Positions 37,097-50,446 of a DNA stretch of 64,000 bases are shown one piece after another. This stretch comes from Azolla caroliniana. Taxonomy: Eukaryota; Plantae; Polypodiophyta. The notes below the pieces were generated by a model. That model was not told where the DNA came from, made no database searches, and saw nothing but the letters and a program-made list of their open reading frames with translations. Positions within the stretch are counted from its first letter, which is position 1; each line of letters starts with the position of its first letter. The stretch is taken from positions 6,696,001 through 6,760,000 of the forward strand of contig JBHGNT010000010.1 of assembly GCA_043228905.1 (NCBI GenBank). The letters are read 5' to 3'. The translations under genes and the position numbers were made by a program.

Positions 37097-40000
37097 AGCG
37101 GACTATTGAAGCATGGGGCACAAATAGTCCGAGCAATCACAAGACCCCACAAGAAGGAAGAGTGCGTGGATTGCAAGGAGAAGCAACATGTGTCACACCT
37201 AGTGGCGCATGTAAACTAGTACTACCCGATAGGAAGCACAAGCGCCGGATACAAGAATTCGAGAAGATGCTGAAAGAAGAGAACATAATAGAAGAAGGAG
37301 AGTTCGTGACTCATATTATGGAAGAAGCCTCATTTAACGACACCATCGGCGAAATCGAGGACGTCGTGGACTTGAGCTATCTTCACAACCAACGCGTGAT
37401 TTCGGTTAACTCCGTCAACATGTACGCTATCATCGATGAATACCGTCATGGCATCTCGATGAAGGAAGCTGATATCAACACGAAATATAAAACGGTGGAT
37501 AAGAAGATCAAGCCAGTTGCGGTTCCGCTACCGGAAGATAGCTGGCAAAAGATGAAGGAAGTCGCTAACGATCCAAGCTTAAGAGATCCGAAGAAGATAG
37601 ATCATGACTTCACCAAAGAGACGAAGGGGAAGCTACGAGTTGGAAAGGAGGATTTCCTTCTCCTTGAAGAGGAGTGAATGTTTCGCGATATGCTTGAGAG
37701 ACATGGGAAGGTTTTCGCATTCTTCGCACGAGAAATCGGATGCGCCAACCCAAAGGTTATAGAGCCGATGGTGATCTTCACGGTGCCTCATGTGCCTTGG
37801 AATTTGAAACCGATACCGGTTCCGAGAGCACACCTTCCGAAGCTGATCGAGCTCTTAAAGGAGAAGGTGAGTATGGGAATTCTAGAACCGTCGAATGCTC
37901 CTTATTCCAATAGGTGGTTCACGGTGCCGAAGAAGAATGGATCATTGCGATTCATCCAAGATCTTCAACCCGTCAACAAGGTGACAATTCGAAATGCCGG
38001 AATCGGTCCGAGCGTGGACGAATTTGCCGAAGCGTTTGCGGGCCGGTCCATCTACTCCATTGGCGATCTCTACTCCGGATATGACCAATTCCAATTGGCG
38101 ATCGACAGTCGGGACATTACAACCATGAGGACTCCGATCGGGCTTCTGCGGATGTGTACCTTACCCCAAGGCGCAACGAACTCGGTGGCTCATATGGTGA
38201 ATGCCATGAATAAAGTCTTGAAGGATTGCATTCTGGACATCACGATGCCATTCTTGGATGATATTCCGATAAAAGGATGTTCGGATGAGGAGAAAGATGA
38301 ATCGAAAGATAAGGAAGGTTGTAGAAAGTTCGTTGCGGATCATATGAAAGATTGCGAGAAGGTGCTTCAAAGGCTCGAAGATGCGAATTTGACATTTTCG
38401 GGAGAAAAATCCGCATTCGGGCAACCGGAGATCTTGGTGGTAGGTCACTTGTGTGGAGCATACGGCCGGAAGCCCTCGCCATCCAAAGTGAACACAATCC
38501 AAGACATGAAAGAAGAATGCGAAAACCAAACGGAGGTTCGAAGGTTCCTTGGAGCGTGCGCATTTTATCATATATGGATTCCTCACTACGCTCATGTCGC
38601 TGAACCGTTATATGGATTACTAAAGAAAAGAATAAAGTTCGAATGGCGAGACGAGCACACAGAGGCGATGCGAAGATTAAAGAAACTGCTTCTTGAAGCT
38701 CCGGCACTAAGGAAGGCCGACTATGCCGAAGGGAAACCAATTTACGTGACCGTAGATACGAGCCCAACCGGAATCGGGTGGGTCATCAATCAAGAAGGTG
38801 AAGATAATGCGCCATATGCCGTCCGGTTCGGAGCAAAGGTTCTCAGCGAACGGCAACAAAGATATGCCCAAGTCAAGAGGGAACTTTGGGGTATTGTGTC
38901 GGCAGTGAAGACGGACAAAGATTACTTGATCGGGTCAAAAGTGATAATAGAGACAGATTGTCTCCCAATTCTCGGAATGGTCTCGGGATGTGCGACCCCA
39001 GATCTTGCTATGCTAAGGTGGATCGCCTACATCAAGTCTTTAAACCCAGAGATCCGTCACATCGCAGGGAAGAAGAACGCCATGGCTGACATGCTGTCGA
39101 GGGCAAGATTTTCAAATGGAAGTAACATGGTTTCGGAAGATGAAGATGTCACCCTCGACTTCTTCAAGATGGCTCGATTTCGGCGGAAGACCAGGACACG
39201 CAAACCCTCCACGCCTTCAACGAGAACGAGTACGAAGGAGAATGGTTACTCATCGGTAGATTCCTAAGAACATTGACGACAGATGCTTCGTTGACAAAGG
39301 AGGAGGCCCTACGAATCCGAAAGAAAGCTTACCGATACTTCTTGAAGGGAGGATTCCTTTGGCGACATCCAAAAAGAAGGACAGGAATACCACGTCGAGT
39401 GGTGGTAAAGAAAGAAGAGCAAGAGACGTTGATGACCGAATTCCACGAGAGTGCTTGGGCAGGTCATAGAGGAACATGGGCGACGTTCGAAAAATTGAAG
39501 GAGAAGTACTGGTGACCAAGCATGTACAAAGATGTACTCCATTTCGTGTCCACATGTGAAACTTGCCAAATATATTCAAATATACGTCATCATAATGAGT
39601 TAAAGCCGACATACCCACTCACCATTCACTTCAAATGGATGGTGGATCTGGTCTCGATGCCAATGGGAGTGGGACAAATGAAGTACTTAGCGCTGGCAAG
39701 GGAAGACTTGACAAATCAAGTGGAAGGACGAGCCTTGACAAATAAGACGACTTCAGCCGTTTGTAAATTTTTACTTGAAGATGTTGTTTGCCGATATGGA
39801 TGTGTAGGGAAGATAGTGGCCGACCGAGGGGAGTTGGACGCGCACGAAGCGACGGAGCTCTTCGAAAGACTAGGCGTGAAGCTCTCCCTCACGATTGCCT
39901 ACAATCCGGAAGCAAATGGGAAGATCGAGCGAGGGCATGGACCTATCGTTAAAGCCATCGTACGGGCATGCAACGGTCGAGTCGGGAATTGGCCACGACT

Positions 40001-40523
40001 ATTACCCTATGCCTTGTGGGCCGATAGAACGACACATAGCTCGGTGAAAGGGTATATGCCGACGGAGCTTATGTATGGACAAAAGCAGATTATGCCCATC
40101 GAAAGGACGATCGCCTCATGGGTAGCGATACCGTGGGAGAACGAGATGAACCGAGAAGAGTTATTAGCGGCGCGAATAAGGCAAATTGAAAGAAGACCTG
40201 AAGATTTAGAAAAAGCGCGAAAGATGATGAAGGCAGCCCAAGTAAAGAACAAAGTTCGGTTCGACAACACGCATCGACTTCGTCCCAAGAAGATTGAAGA
40301 AGGGGATTGGGTTTTGGTTTACGACAGCACCCTTGACAATCAACACAGTACAACAAGGAAGTTCGCAAGAAAATGGTTCGGGCCGTATGTGGTGACAAGT
40401 GCCAACGATAATGCCACATACCACCTTGCGGAACTAGATGGATCAAGGTTGGTCGTACCCATTGCGGGAAAAAGAGTAAAGATTTTCAAGAAAAGACAAT
40501 ACAAGGATCCTGACCTCGATTAA
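37087..40523 (+). pseudogene. P1 pol (RT-RNaseH-integrase, no chromodomain)
   Basis: LPQGATNS, FLDDI, VDTS, H-H-C-C zinc domain, YNPEANGKIER and GPY motifs. Two stops and one frameshift. Confidence 0.9.
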
Positions 40524-43500
40524 CTCGACAATGAACATAATAGGCCGGATGAAAATGAAGACATGGAGGAATCTAATTGATCATCGTAGCCGAAATCTCC
40601 CTTCTTCTCTTCTTGGCACGTACCGGAGGACGTGCGGTTTGGTGGGGGTGGATGTCGTGAAGATTTTCGGCAATAGTGTGAAAATCCCATAAAACATACG
40701 AAATCGAGTATGAATCACATAGTACAATAATTGTGAAGATAACATTTTAAATAGATTTAATATCTAAGTACAAAATGATGGAGGTTTCGAATGCACTTTA
40801 TTACACGAGAAACAGACAACTAAATGTCAAGATATGAGGGTACAAAGTTTGTAAAAGGAAAGGAGAAAATTGTGAGATATCCCACATAGGCACGACAAAT
40901 ATAGCTCTCATCATATATAAGGTGGAGCAAAAGATATTATCTTTGTGTCTATGTGTGGAGCATAGAGAGTTTAAGGTAACTTGAACTAAGAGTGGAGGTG
41001 GGCTAGCTACTCGTAAAAGGTTTTGGCCAACCAAAACCGGACCGGCGATGGAGCCGGTGATCCGGCGGCATCCGACGGCAATCCGGCGATGGAACCGGTG
41101 ATACAACCGCAATCCGGCGATGGAACCGGTGATCCTACCGCAATCCGGCGATGGAGCCGGTGATCCGACGGCATCCGGCGGCGGCATCCGACGAGGCACC
41201 AGTAACCGACGGCATCCGGCGACGGCAACGGTAACCGACAGCATCCTGCGACAGTATCCGGTGAATCGGCGTCCGGCGACTAGATAAATAAATATATAAA
41301 TATATATACATATAAGTAAGGATTCGAACCTTGCACCTCCAAGTTAGGAGTCAATTGGCTTACCATTAAGCCATGCTATTTAGTTGAAATTATATTTCTA
41401 TCATTGTACTTTTACATGTAAATTCTCATACATGAGAACTAAAATGAGTGACATGGTTATCATGCACCACATGTAATACATAAGCGCCAAATGGCAAACA
41501 TGCAATTTATGCATGTCTTGTACCCTCACATGCATCATATGCATGAGAGCTTCTATAAAAGAGGGAAGGGGGAGGAGAAAAAACACAGTTTTTTTTATGA
41601 AAATTAAGAGGAAGAAATTCGTTATCAAATTGATCGTGTAACTTGTTTCTTAAATCTAAAGTTAAAAGTTCAATCAATCTCTCTCAATCGTGTAATCTCA
41701 ACTTCTCTCTTTCCCAATCTATCTTAAGTACTTTCTCGCTAAAGCTTGCGCCAAAGCTTTTACCGACTTTGAATCCTTCCGGTCCAGAACCCCGGCGGTT
41801 CCGCCTCACGATCCGCGCGTAGTGACGGATCTTCACGACAACGCGCGAAGAGAAAGGGAAGAAGAAGGTATCGGATTCCGGCACAGATAGGAATGAGTCA
41901 GACCGACACGAGTCCGACTTCGAGGAAAGCGGTGACGGGCCTTCAGGAATGAAGTCTGCGTCGGCTGAGAAGACCTCGACATCGGCTAATGACTGATTAC
42001 ACCGATCTACCCGCCAAAAGAACTTGATTGTTTGGTTCGGATACAACGAGTACATGGCGCATCACTATGCATACATGACCCGTGTAGCGGAAGTGCGTGA
42101 GCCAGAGAGCTACGCAGAAGCGGCGAAGGACATGAATTGGCGCGCCGCGATGGAGGAAGAGATGCACGCATTGGCGGAAAATGAGACCTGGGACCTGGTT
42201 GACGCACCAAAGGGTGTGAAGCCGATCAGATATAGGTGGTTGTACAAGGTCAAGTACAACATCGACGGCTCGGTCAACCGATACAAGGCCCAGTTAGTGG
42301 CAAAAGGCTACGTGCAAAAACACGGCATCGACTACGATGAGACGTTCGCGCCGGTTGCAAAGATGACGACCGTCCGTGTTTTGCTCGCAGTAGCTGCGGC
42401 CAAGGGGTGGCACCTACATCAGATGGATGTAAAGAATGCATTCTTGCAAGGTGAGCTTGAGGACCAAGTGTACATGGTACAGCCCCCCGGATTTCACTCC
42501 GAACCGAACATGTCGGCAGTATGCCGATTGAAGAAGTCCCTTTATGGACTGAAGCAAGCCCCGCGTGCCTGGAATGCGAAAATCACGCATCGGCTGTATC
42601 AGATGGGCTTTGCGACGTCAAAATCAGACTCCTCGTTGTTCATTCGGAAAGGTCGACTCGGGCCGGTCAGTATTTTACTCTATGTTGATGACTTGGTCAT
42701 CACGGCGCCGACCTAGGTGAGATCAACCGCGTGAAGCTCCAGCTTGCGGCATCATTCGACATGAAGGATCTGGGGGACCTTCATTACTTCCTCGGGATCG
42801 AAGTGATCCGTACCCCCGAAGGCATACTCATCAGCCCACGTCATTACGTGCTGAATATGCTCTCCAAATTCGGGATGGCAGAGTGTAAGTCCATCTCAAC
42901 TCCTCTGGATAGAACTGTCAAGCTTCGCCCTAATTCCGGCAAGGTTTGCGATCCAACATGGTTCGGACAAGTTGTTGGAAGCCTGATCTACTTGACAATC
43001 ACCCAACCCGATCTCAGTTATCCGGTCGGGGTGATCAATCAGTTCATGGCACGACCTACCGAGGAGCATCTTCAGTGTGCACAACGCGTACTGCGGTACG
43101 TAAGCGGCACTAAGGACCGCGGACTGCTATATCGGACCAATACAGCCCCGCAGTTGGTCGGCTACACCGATGCCGACTGGGCCGGCAATGTCACCGATCG
43201 CCGATCCACGTCCGGGTATGCGTTCTCTCTTGGGAGTGCCGCGATAGCGTGGAGTAGCAAGAAGCAGCCGACAGTTGCACTGTTGAGCACCGAAGCCGAG
43301 TATAGAGGGGCAGTTGTCGCAACATGCGAAGCCATATGGTTGAAGCGGCTACGCATGTTGCCATATGGTTGAAGCGGCTACTTAAGAATCTGCAGGTGGA
43401 GGTGTCTAATCCAACGACGATGTACTGCGAAAACCTCCGCAGCATCCAACTCACGAAGAACCCCGTCTTCCACGCACGGACCAAGCACGTTGAGGTGCAC

Positions 43501-44603
43501 TACCATTTTGTCCATGAGTGTGTCCTTTCTGGTGAAGTCGAACTTCAATATGTTCCGACAGATCGGCAGATCGCCGACATCTTCACCAAGCCTCTAGGTC
43601 TGGACAAGTTGCGACAATTTTCGGGTGCGCTTGGGTTGCGTCACTTCGACGTGCCGAACTTGAGGGGGAGAAACGTCCCAGATGACCACGAAAGGGAGCA
43701 TGAAAGGAGCGGAAAAGACCTCGGATCGGCTGAAGAAGCCGAGAGTGGATCCGCGGAAGAGTCCGAAAGCGGACACAAGGGGAGTAGCCGAAAGAAACAG
43801 TCAAAGCCAACCAGGCATGGGGGAGATGATGCCGTCAAGGGCAAGAAGACCGGAGACGAGTTGGAGAAGTCAACTCGGACGAGAGAGAAAACCGATCGGA
43901 GGTAGCCGAGTCGGTTCGGATGTTTGATTCAGATACACTGAATCAACTGAGGGCCAAGCGGAAAAGAAGACAGCAGGAGAAGCGCCAACACCGCGACAGC
44001 AAGGGACTTGTGAAGGGTCGTGGGAGCAGACAAGCCGACCAGAAGGGTCGAAGCGCGCGGAGTCGAACAGGCCGAGGAGCGCGAGTGAGGCGTGGAGCTA
44101 GGAGAAGCCGGAGCGTAGGTCCGGCAGAGCAGGCGAAACCTCAAGTTGAGCTTAAGGGGGAGTGTTGAGAGACAAGCTCAACATTTGTGCGTAATATGAT
44201 GCGTAACCAGTGCGTAGACTGGGTGCATAAAACCGGTACGCAGACCGGTGCGTAGAAAGGCTGTATCGGTGCGTAGACTGAAAGGCCATTAGAAAGATAT
44301 TCCTTGTAAGGAATAGTTTTGGGAGTAAGTGTCGAGGCTCATTTATGAGCAGTCAAGTACTGTCAGTACTTGTGTCAGCCATTGTCAGGGCTTGTATAAA
44401 AGTGCTCACTGAGCACATCCTATGTACAGATTGAGTATTATTTTCGAATTTAAGTCCTTGTGTTACTCTCTCTCTGTCTCTCCTGTGCGTACTGTGAAAA
44501 CCTAAGCTTTCCATTAAACCTGCGTTTTATGTTGTTCGGTTTTCCTATATTGCTTCCGCACGCCATTCTTTTCAAATTAGCTACCACACTTTATATTGCT
44601 TAG

Positions 44604-44899
44604 CTAATTAGCTACAAATTTACCTATCTGTTTTCTCCACTCATCAGGGAGAGTTGTATTGAAATTCCCCAAACATACTATAGTAGGGCAATAGGCATAT
44701 GCAAAACAAGCGATATGGTATGTATGTTGGCATGCTCGTAGGTGTACCAGCAGGTAGCAGTTCTGTCCTCTAGGGCTAAGCCGCAAGCGATGCAACGTGC
44801 TTGAACAGTCAATATATTGTTGTCTGGTTCTCCTACTTTTGGTAAGGGAGCAAGAATGTTGAAGTCCAATTCTTGTCTACACCTTACCATCCTCTCCAC
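44604..44899 (-). pseudogene. Frameshifted RING-finger-like exon remnant
   Basis: CIAC..CQHTYHIAC..C pattern across two frames, followed by AG|GTAAAT donor-like sequence leading into the palindrome array. Confidence 0.35.
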
Positions 44900-45360
44900 A
44901 AATTCTAGCTACTTCTTAAGGCAACCAACTACCTGTTCTTGATTTGTGTATTGTTCCTAAAACTTAGCCAAAAATTTAACCGATTTATCATTCCTTAATG
45001 AGGAACAATGAACAACAAGAAACAATAATAATTAACCTACTTTGAGATTCTCCTAATCTCCATCTATAGCTGTATTTTCCATTGGGGATCCAGCGGTCCC
45101 TCAATTTCGAGTTCATGCTGAACAACTTGTTCTAGGTAATGCCTAGCTGAGCACATTTTCATGTACAAGTTATTTATAGCATACTGGAAAAAAAATAGCT
45201 ACCTGAATCTTGTTTCTAATTATTGTCACTGCCAAAGTGACCTTGCCTTCCATCGCATCAACCAAAGTTGTTTTCACCACGTTAGAAACCAAAGTTCAAA
45301 TTTTTGAATATTCCCATAGATGACCTATTCACCATAATAAATGACATGTATTTAAGTAAT

Positions 45361-48300
45361 TGTTAAAGCTAATATGCTCAAGCATATGACAAACCAGCTC
45401 AACCGGATACCAACATAACATAGAGCAGAAGGTTTAATGGAGACCTTACACAGAGAATACATGGGAGAGACAGAGAGAACAGAACATAAACTCAATTCAA
45501 AATAATAATCGTATGTACATAGAATGTGCTCAAAGAGTACTTTTATACAAGTCCATAAAGGACTACTAGAAGTACTAATAGGTGCTTCAATGCTCAAACG
45601 AGCGACTAACACTGACTCCCAAAAATATGCCTACATACTAGGATGGATCCGTAGGCCTCTAACGGCCTACCGGTTTCAATCCGATCCGGATCCTGGTTCC
45701 GGATATCATCCAGACACCAATCTGGTTCACCGTTCCGAATACCAATCCGGCTCTGGCTTATTCAGCCGATCCAAATCCGCTTGAGCTTGCTCGCTCAACA
45801 CTCCTCCTCAAGCTCAACTTGAGGTTGGATTGTGGTGTCAGTTTCTGTGGTAGCCAGTTCTTCCGTCCGACTCCTTCTGGCGTCCTCTCGCCTCACTTGC
45901 GCTCCTCGTCCGGTCCAGTTCCGCTTCCCGTGACCCGTCCGGTTCTACGCTCCTCGACCTCCTTGGTCGGCTTGTCTGCTCAGCAGGCCCATCTCAATTC
46001 CTTCACTGCTATGACTCTGATGCTTGTCAACCCATCGGTTCCTCCGTATCGGTGTCGACTTCTGTTGCCTTCTCGTCTGCTTGGCCTTTAGTTGATCCAG
46101 CACCTCCGAATCAAATTGTTGAACCGAATCGGCTTCCTCCGATTCGTTCCACCTCTTGTCTAAATCGGTTTCCTCCGATTCGTTCCGGCTCTTGTTTGAG
46201 TTGGTAATCTCCAACTCGTCTTCCGTTTTCAAGCTCTTCAGCACATCGAACCACGTCTGGGACTTGGCCTTCTTCTGGTCGGCTCTGTCCTTCTTGAGTC
46301 TGCCGTCGTTGCCACTTGCTCTGACTTGTTCAGATGTGTCGACTTTTCCAGTCGACTCAGCTTCCTTTTTCTTCTTATCTCCCCCTATCTTGGTTCGTTC
46401 CTCTTTCTCTCCGGCTCCTTGTCCGGTGCCATTACCCGTTTCATTTCCCGTTCTCCCCTTCAAGTGCAGCACGTCAAGATGTTGAATGCCGAGCATCTCC
46501 GAAAAGTGTTGCAACTTGTCCAATCCGAGCGGCTTGGTGAAGATGTTGCCAACCTACCGATCTGTGTGAACATACCGAAGTTCAACTTCATCGCTTAGGA
46601 CCCACTCATGGACAAAGTGATAATGCACTTCTATGTGCTTTGTTCGAGCATGGAATATAGGGTTCTTGGTGAGTTGTATGCTGCTTATGTTGTCATAGTA
46701 GATCAGGATCGGGGTCGTCATCTTGATCCGGAGGTCTCACAGTAGTTGTTGAAGCCAAATGGCTTCATAGGTGGCAATGGTAGTGCCCCGGTATTCCGGC
46801 TTAGTGCTCGACAGAGCCACTGTTGGCTGCTTTTTGGTGCTCCATGCAACACCGCGCTACCAAGAGAGAACATATAACCGGAGGTGGATCGGCAATCTGA
46901 TGCATCACCGGCCCAGTCGGCATCCGTATAGCCGACTAGCTTCCCAGCTATACTGTGTCGGTGTAACGGTCCCTGGTCTTTCGTGCCGCTCACATATCGC
47001 AATAGTCGATGCGCGCACTGAAGGTGTTCCACGATCGGATTCTCTTCGATCTGACCCTTCACTGTCGGTGTCGTATCCTGATATCTTCTTCTTCCTGTTG
47101 TCTTTGCGCGTGAACCGTTTCCTTGGTTTCTTGCGTCAGGAGAGCACAATAGAGTCTCCACTACTCGATGGTTCTTCATCTGACTGATCATTCCGACTCA
47201 GTCCATTGTTTGACCCGCTCAGCCGAAAGGAGATCAGACTCTCTTCTAGAGTACAGAATTCTTCATCTTCTACCTGAAGCTCTCAGGGTTCACTAGCCTC
47301 ATCCTCCGGAATCGGGTCTTCATCGAGAGTTGGAGTCAATAGAGAGTACCATGATGCCGACTCATCAAACTCGACATCTCGACTTACTCGAACCTATTTA
47401 GTCCGAGGGTTATAACACTTATACTCCTTATGTTTATGTGTGTAGCCGACGAGTATGCACTTCTCCGACTTCGGATCCAACTTCCTCCGCTTCTCATCTG
47501 GTATATGCACATATGTTATGCTACCAAATATCCGAAGGTGTCTCAAATTCGGCTTCCGCCTGAAATACAGCTCATGTGCTGACACCTTATCTCCGATCCA
47601 GTTTTGGATGTAGATGGCCATCCGGACCGTCTCAGCCCCGTAAAATCCGGGCATGCTTTTCTCCTCCAGCAATGCCCTTGTCGCATCGATAATCGACCAG
47701 TTCTTTCTCTCAGCCACACCGTTTTGTTCCGGTGTGTATCGGCAACTGAATTCTCACCGAATTCCTTTTTAATGTAGATAACTATTGAATTGGCCAAAAA
47801 AGTATTATTTTCCTCCATCCAACCGCAGGCACTTGATCTTTCTTTTTGTTTCCCTCTGAAGTAGGCTTTGTAGATTCCGGAAACAATCGAAGGCTTCACT
47901 TTTCCTCTCAATGAGATAGATCCATGTGTGCCGGCTGTAGTCGTCGATAAAGGAGACAAAATACCGACTCCCACCAAGACTAACGTTTTGTGTCGGTCCC
48001 CATACATCTAAATGGATTGAGTCGAGCTTGTTACGACTCCGGTTTTGTTCACTGGGGAATGGAAGCCGGTGTTGCTTGCCGAGTTGGCAGGCTTCACATA
48101 TTTGGGCCTTCCGGCCACTTAATTTCGGCAATCCGAGAACACAACCTATTTCGATTGCATGTCTTCAAGCCTCCGGTAGTTGACGTGGTCGATCCGCTTG
48201 TGCTAGAGATCAATGTCTGATTCAGTCTTCTGTCCTTTGGCGAACAAGGCGATGCCTACATCATTGGTGTTGAGGACGAACACCCTCCCATCTCTGTGCC

Positions 48301-48556
48301 CTTGCGCGATTATCCGACCCTCTTCCTTGATGAAGCACCTGAGTTGCGTAAACCACACCTGCATTCCCTGGTCGAAGATTTGTCCGACCAACACCAAGTT
48401 CTTTGTGATTGTCGGAACATGAAGTACGTTCATCAGATTTCCCTTTTGTCTGACATGGGTTAAAGGGACTTCTCCGATATGCACAATCCGGTGAAGGGTG
48501 TCGTCTCCGGTTTCAACAATTCCTGATCTTTTTGGTTTCTCTAAAAACAAGAACCA
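45361..48556 (-). mobile_element. Ty1/copia D/E 3' half (protease end, integrase, RH, 3' LTR 45361-45800); most of RT deleted near 47030
   Basis: Copia motifs on the minus strand, PPT 45801-45812, flank ATTAC on the minus strand. Confidence 0.88.
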
Positions 48557-48685
48557 TTATATGACCATATTCAAACCCCCCCCATAATGGGCGTATTACA
48601 CAATAATTTGTAACAAGAAACAAAAAATACAAAAATACAACAAAGGTGATCATGTACTAGGACTTCCGTCATAGTTGAGCTGAAA

Positions 48686-48871
48686 TCATCTCCACGCCCA
48701 TTTGTTGCTAAATTGACCAAAACCGTTCAAGACGTTATTGGCCATGGAGACCTTCTCCAACCCAAGCTTTCCCATGGTCACGCAATCCTGAACGAAGTGG
48801 TACAGAACTTGGATGTGCTTTGAGGCATTATGATGCACCGTGTTCTTTGCTATAGCTAAGGATAAAAGCAT
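48686..48871 (-). pseudogene. Small RNase H fragment of a different copia family
   Basis: IAKNTVHHNASKHIQVLYHFVQDCV resembles the copia RH motif KHIxxxYHFVR. Confidence 0.65.
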
Positions 48872-48996
48872 GGGAATGGAAACACTATTATAACTAATTA
48901 GCTGCTAAAATGGCCATAGCTATTTAGCTATTTGTTTAGCTAATTTTTCGTAGGCAAATCATAAGGATCATTTACGAACATTTTTTGCTTTATTAC

Positions 48997-50446
48997 TATA
49001 GAGGGAGCAAGCTCAATCGGATCCGGATCCAGATCAGATTGAAACTGGTAGGCCGTTAGAGGCCTATAGATCCAGCCTAGTACGTAGGCATATTTTTGGG
49101 AGTCAGTGTCAGTTGCTCATATGAGCATTGAAGTACCTGTCAGTCCTTTATGGACTTGTATAAAAGTGCTCTCTAAGCACATTCTATGTAGTACAGAGGA
49201 TTATTATTTTGAATTGAGTTTATGTTTTGTTCTCTCTGTCTCTCCCGTGTATTCTCTGTGTAAGGTCTCCATTAAACCTTCTTCTCTACGTTCTGTTGGT
49301 ATCCGGTTGAGCCGGTTTGTCATACGCTTCCGCATATTAACTTTAACATGGTATCAGAGCCTGAGGGTTCAAACTCCTTTGCAGCCGACGGACGTTTTCG
49401 AAGACAAACCCTATCACCCGGTCAAGAATAGAAGAGAACCAAGATGGATAGAGGTATGGCAAGTTTGCTTCCCATAGAAAAGCTCGACTGGAGAAACTAT
49501 GCATCGTAGTCATATAAAATGTAACAATACCTACTAGGGCATGGTTACTGGAGCTATGTGGAAGGAACGAACAATGTAGCGCCGGAGCCGGCTCACAAGG
49601 ATTTCTCGGCATGGGAACAAGGGAGAGTAGAGTGTTTTATTGCATCGCATCCTATGTGCACGATCAAATGTTCGGCTACATCTAGGATGCAAAAATGCCG
49701 AAGGAGGCTTGGGAAAATCTTCCGAAGATTTTCGCCGCAAGTACCACAGCCTGTAAGTTGCAGCTCCAACAAGAACTGAACAACATCCGACAGAGAGATC
49801 TGTCGGTTATGGAGTACACCACTAATATAAAGGAGATTTGTGACGCGCTCGGGTCCATCAATGTGACAGTGGACGAAGACGAAATGGTACAAATCTCCCT
49901 TGGTGGTCTTGCGGACGACAATCTTCTTCGACCTGTAATCGATGTTGATGGTCGAAGAAAACCACGCGTGTGGGTCAAGGAACACTCAATTGGACAATCG
50001 GATGTTGTACACGGAGGCAGACCGGCCCTGTGGGCGTGGAGGACGAGGTGGGTTGGTACACAATCAGGCGGCCGACAAGAGCAAAATCGAAGGCACCGAG
50101 ATAGTGCCAACAACAGTTCCGGACCATCCACGAGCAAGGGAAGTCAAAACGGCGTAGGAAACCGGCAAGGGAAGGCTAACACGGAACGCTGGTATTGTGG
50201 CAAGAAAGGCCACAGAGAAAGTGAGTGTTGGAAGAAGCGCGCCAATTCGGACAAATCCGGATCTGGCAAGGCCGAACAGGGAAACCGGCAAAGCTTGCAC
50301 TACGCCGAAGGATCAGAAGGATCCGGAACCGAGAAGACCGTTAAAGGGCCATCCTTCGTGATGAAGCACAAGGCGAACTCGATGAAGAAGACCACTTCCG
50401 GATTAGAGGAAGTGTGGTACGTTCATTCGGGAGCATCTAATCACAT
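48997..50446 (+). mobile_element. Ty1/copia D/E 5' half (5' LTR 48997-49348, PBS, gag, protease start)
   Basis: LTR matches 45361-45800, PBS TGGTATCAGAGC, gag ATG 49444, ends at ..SGASNH. Preceded by ATTAC. Confidence 0.88.

Larger units (their letters stand above)
33768..41840 (+). mobile_element. Non-chromovirus Ty3/gypsy P1 (possibly Phygy/Selgy-like), full length
   Basis: LTRs 33768-34830 and 40653-41840 with 12-bp terminal IR TGTCGTGAAGAT, PBS TGGTGAACCCGACGTGAA (34839-34856), 4-bp TSD ACGC. Lineage name is inference. Confidence 0.92.
31094..44574 (+). mobile_element. Ty1/copia copy C (gag deletion near 31960), interrupted by gypsy P1
   Basis: LTRs 31094-31508 and 44163-44574, PBS TGGTATCAGAGC, TSD AATTA at 31089-31093 and 44575-44579. 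Integrase ORF 32417-33767, RT/RH 42024-43900. Confidence 0.93.

Noticed and set aside
40801-41244. Repetitive 147-aa ORF
   Set aside because: A by-product of the GC-rich LTR minisatellite.
30103-48892. CACTA termini (CACTGTTATA at 30103 and CACTATTATA at 48883 after undoing the inversion)
   Set aside because: The first CA is the end of the copia F LTR, the 3-bp flanks do not match, and no transposase is visible.
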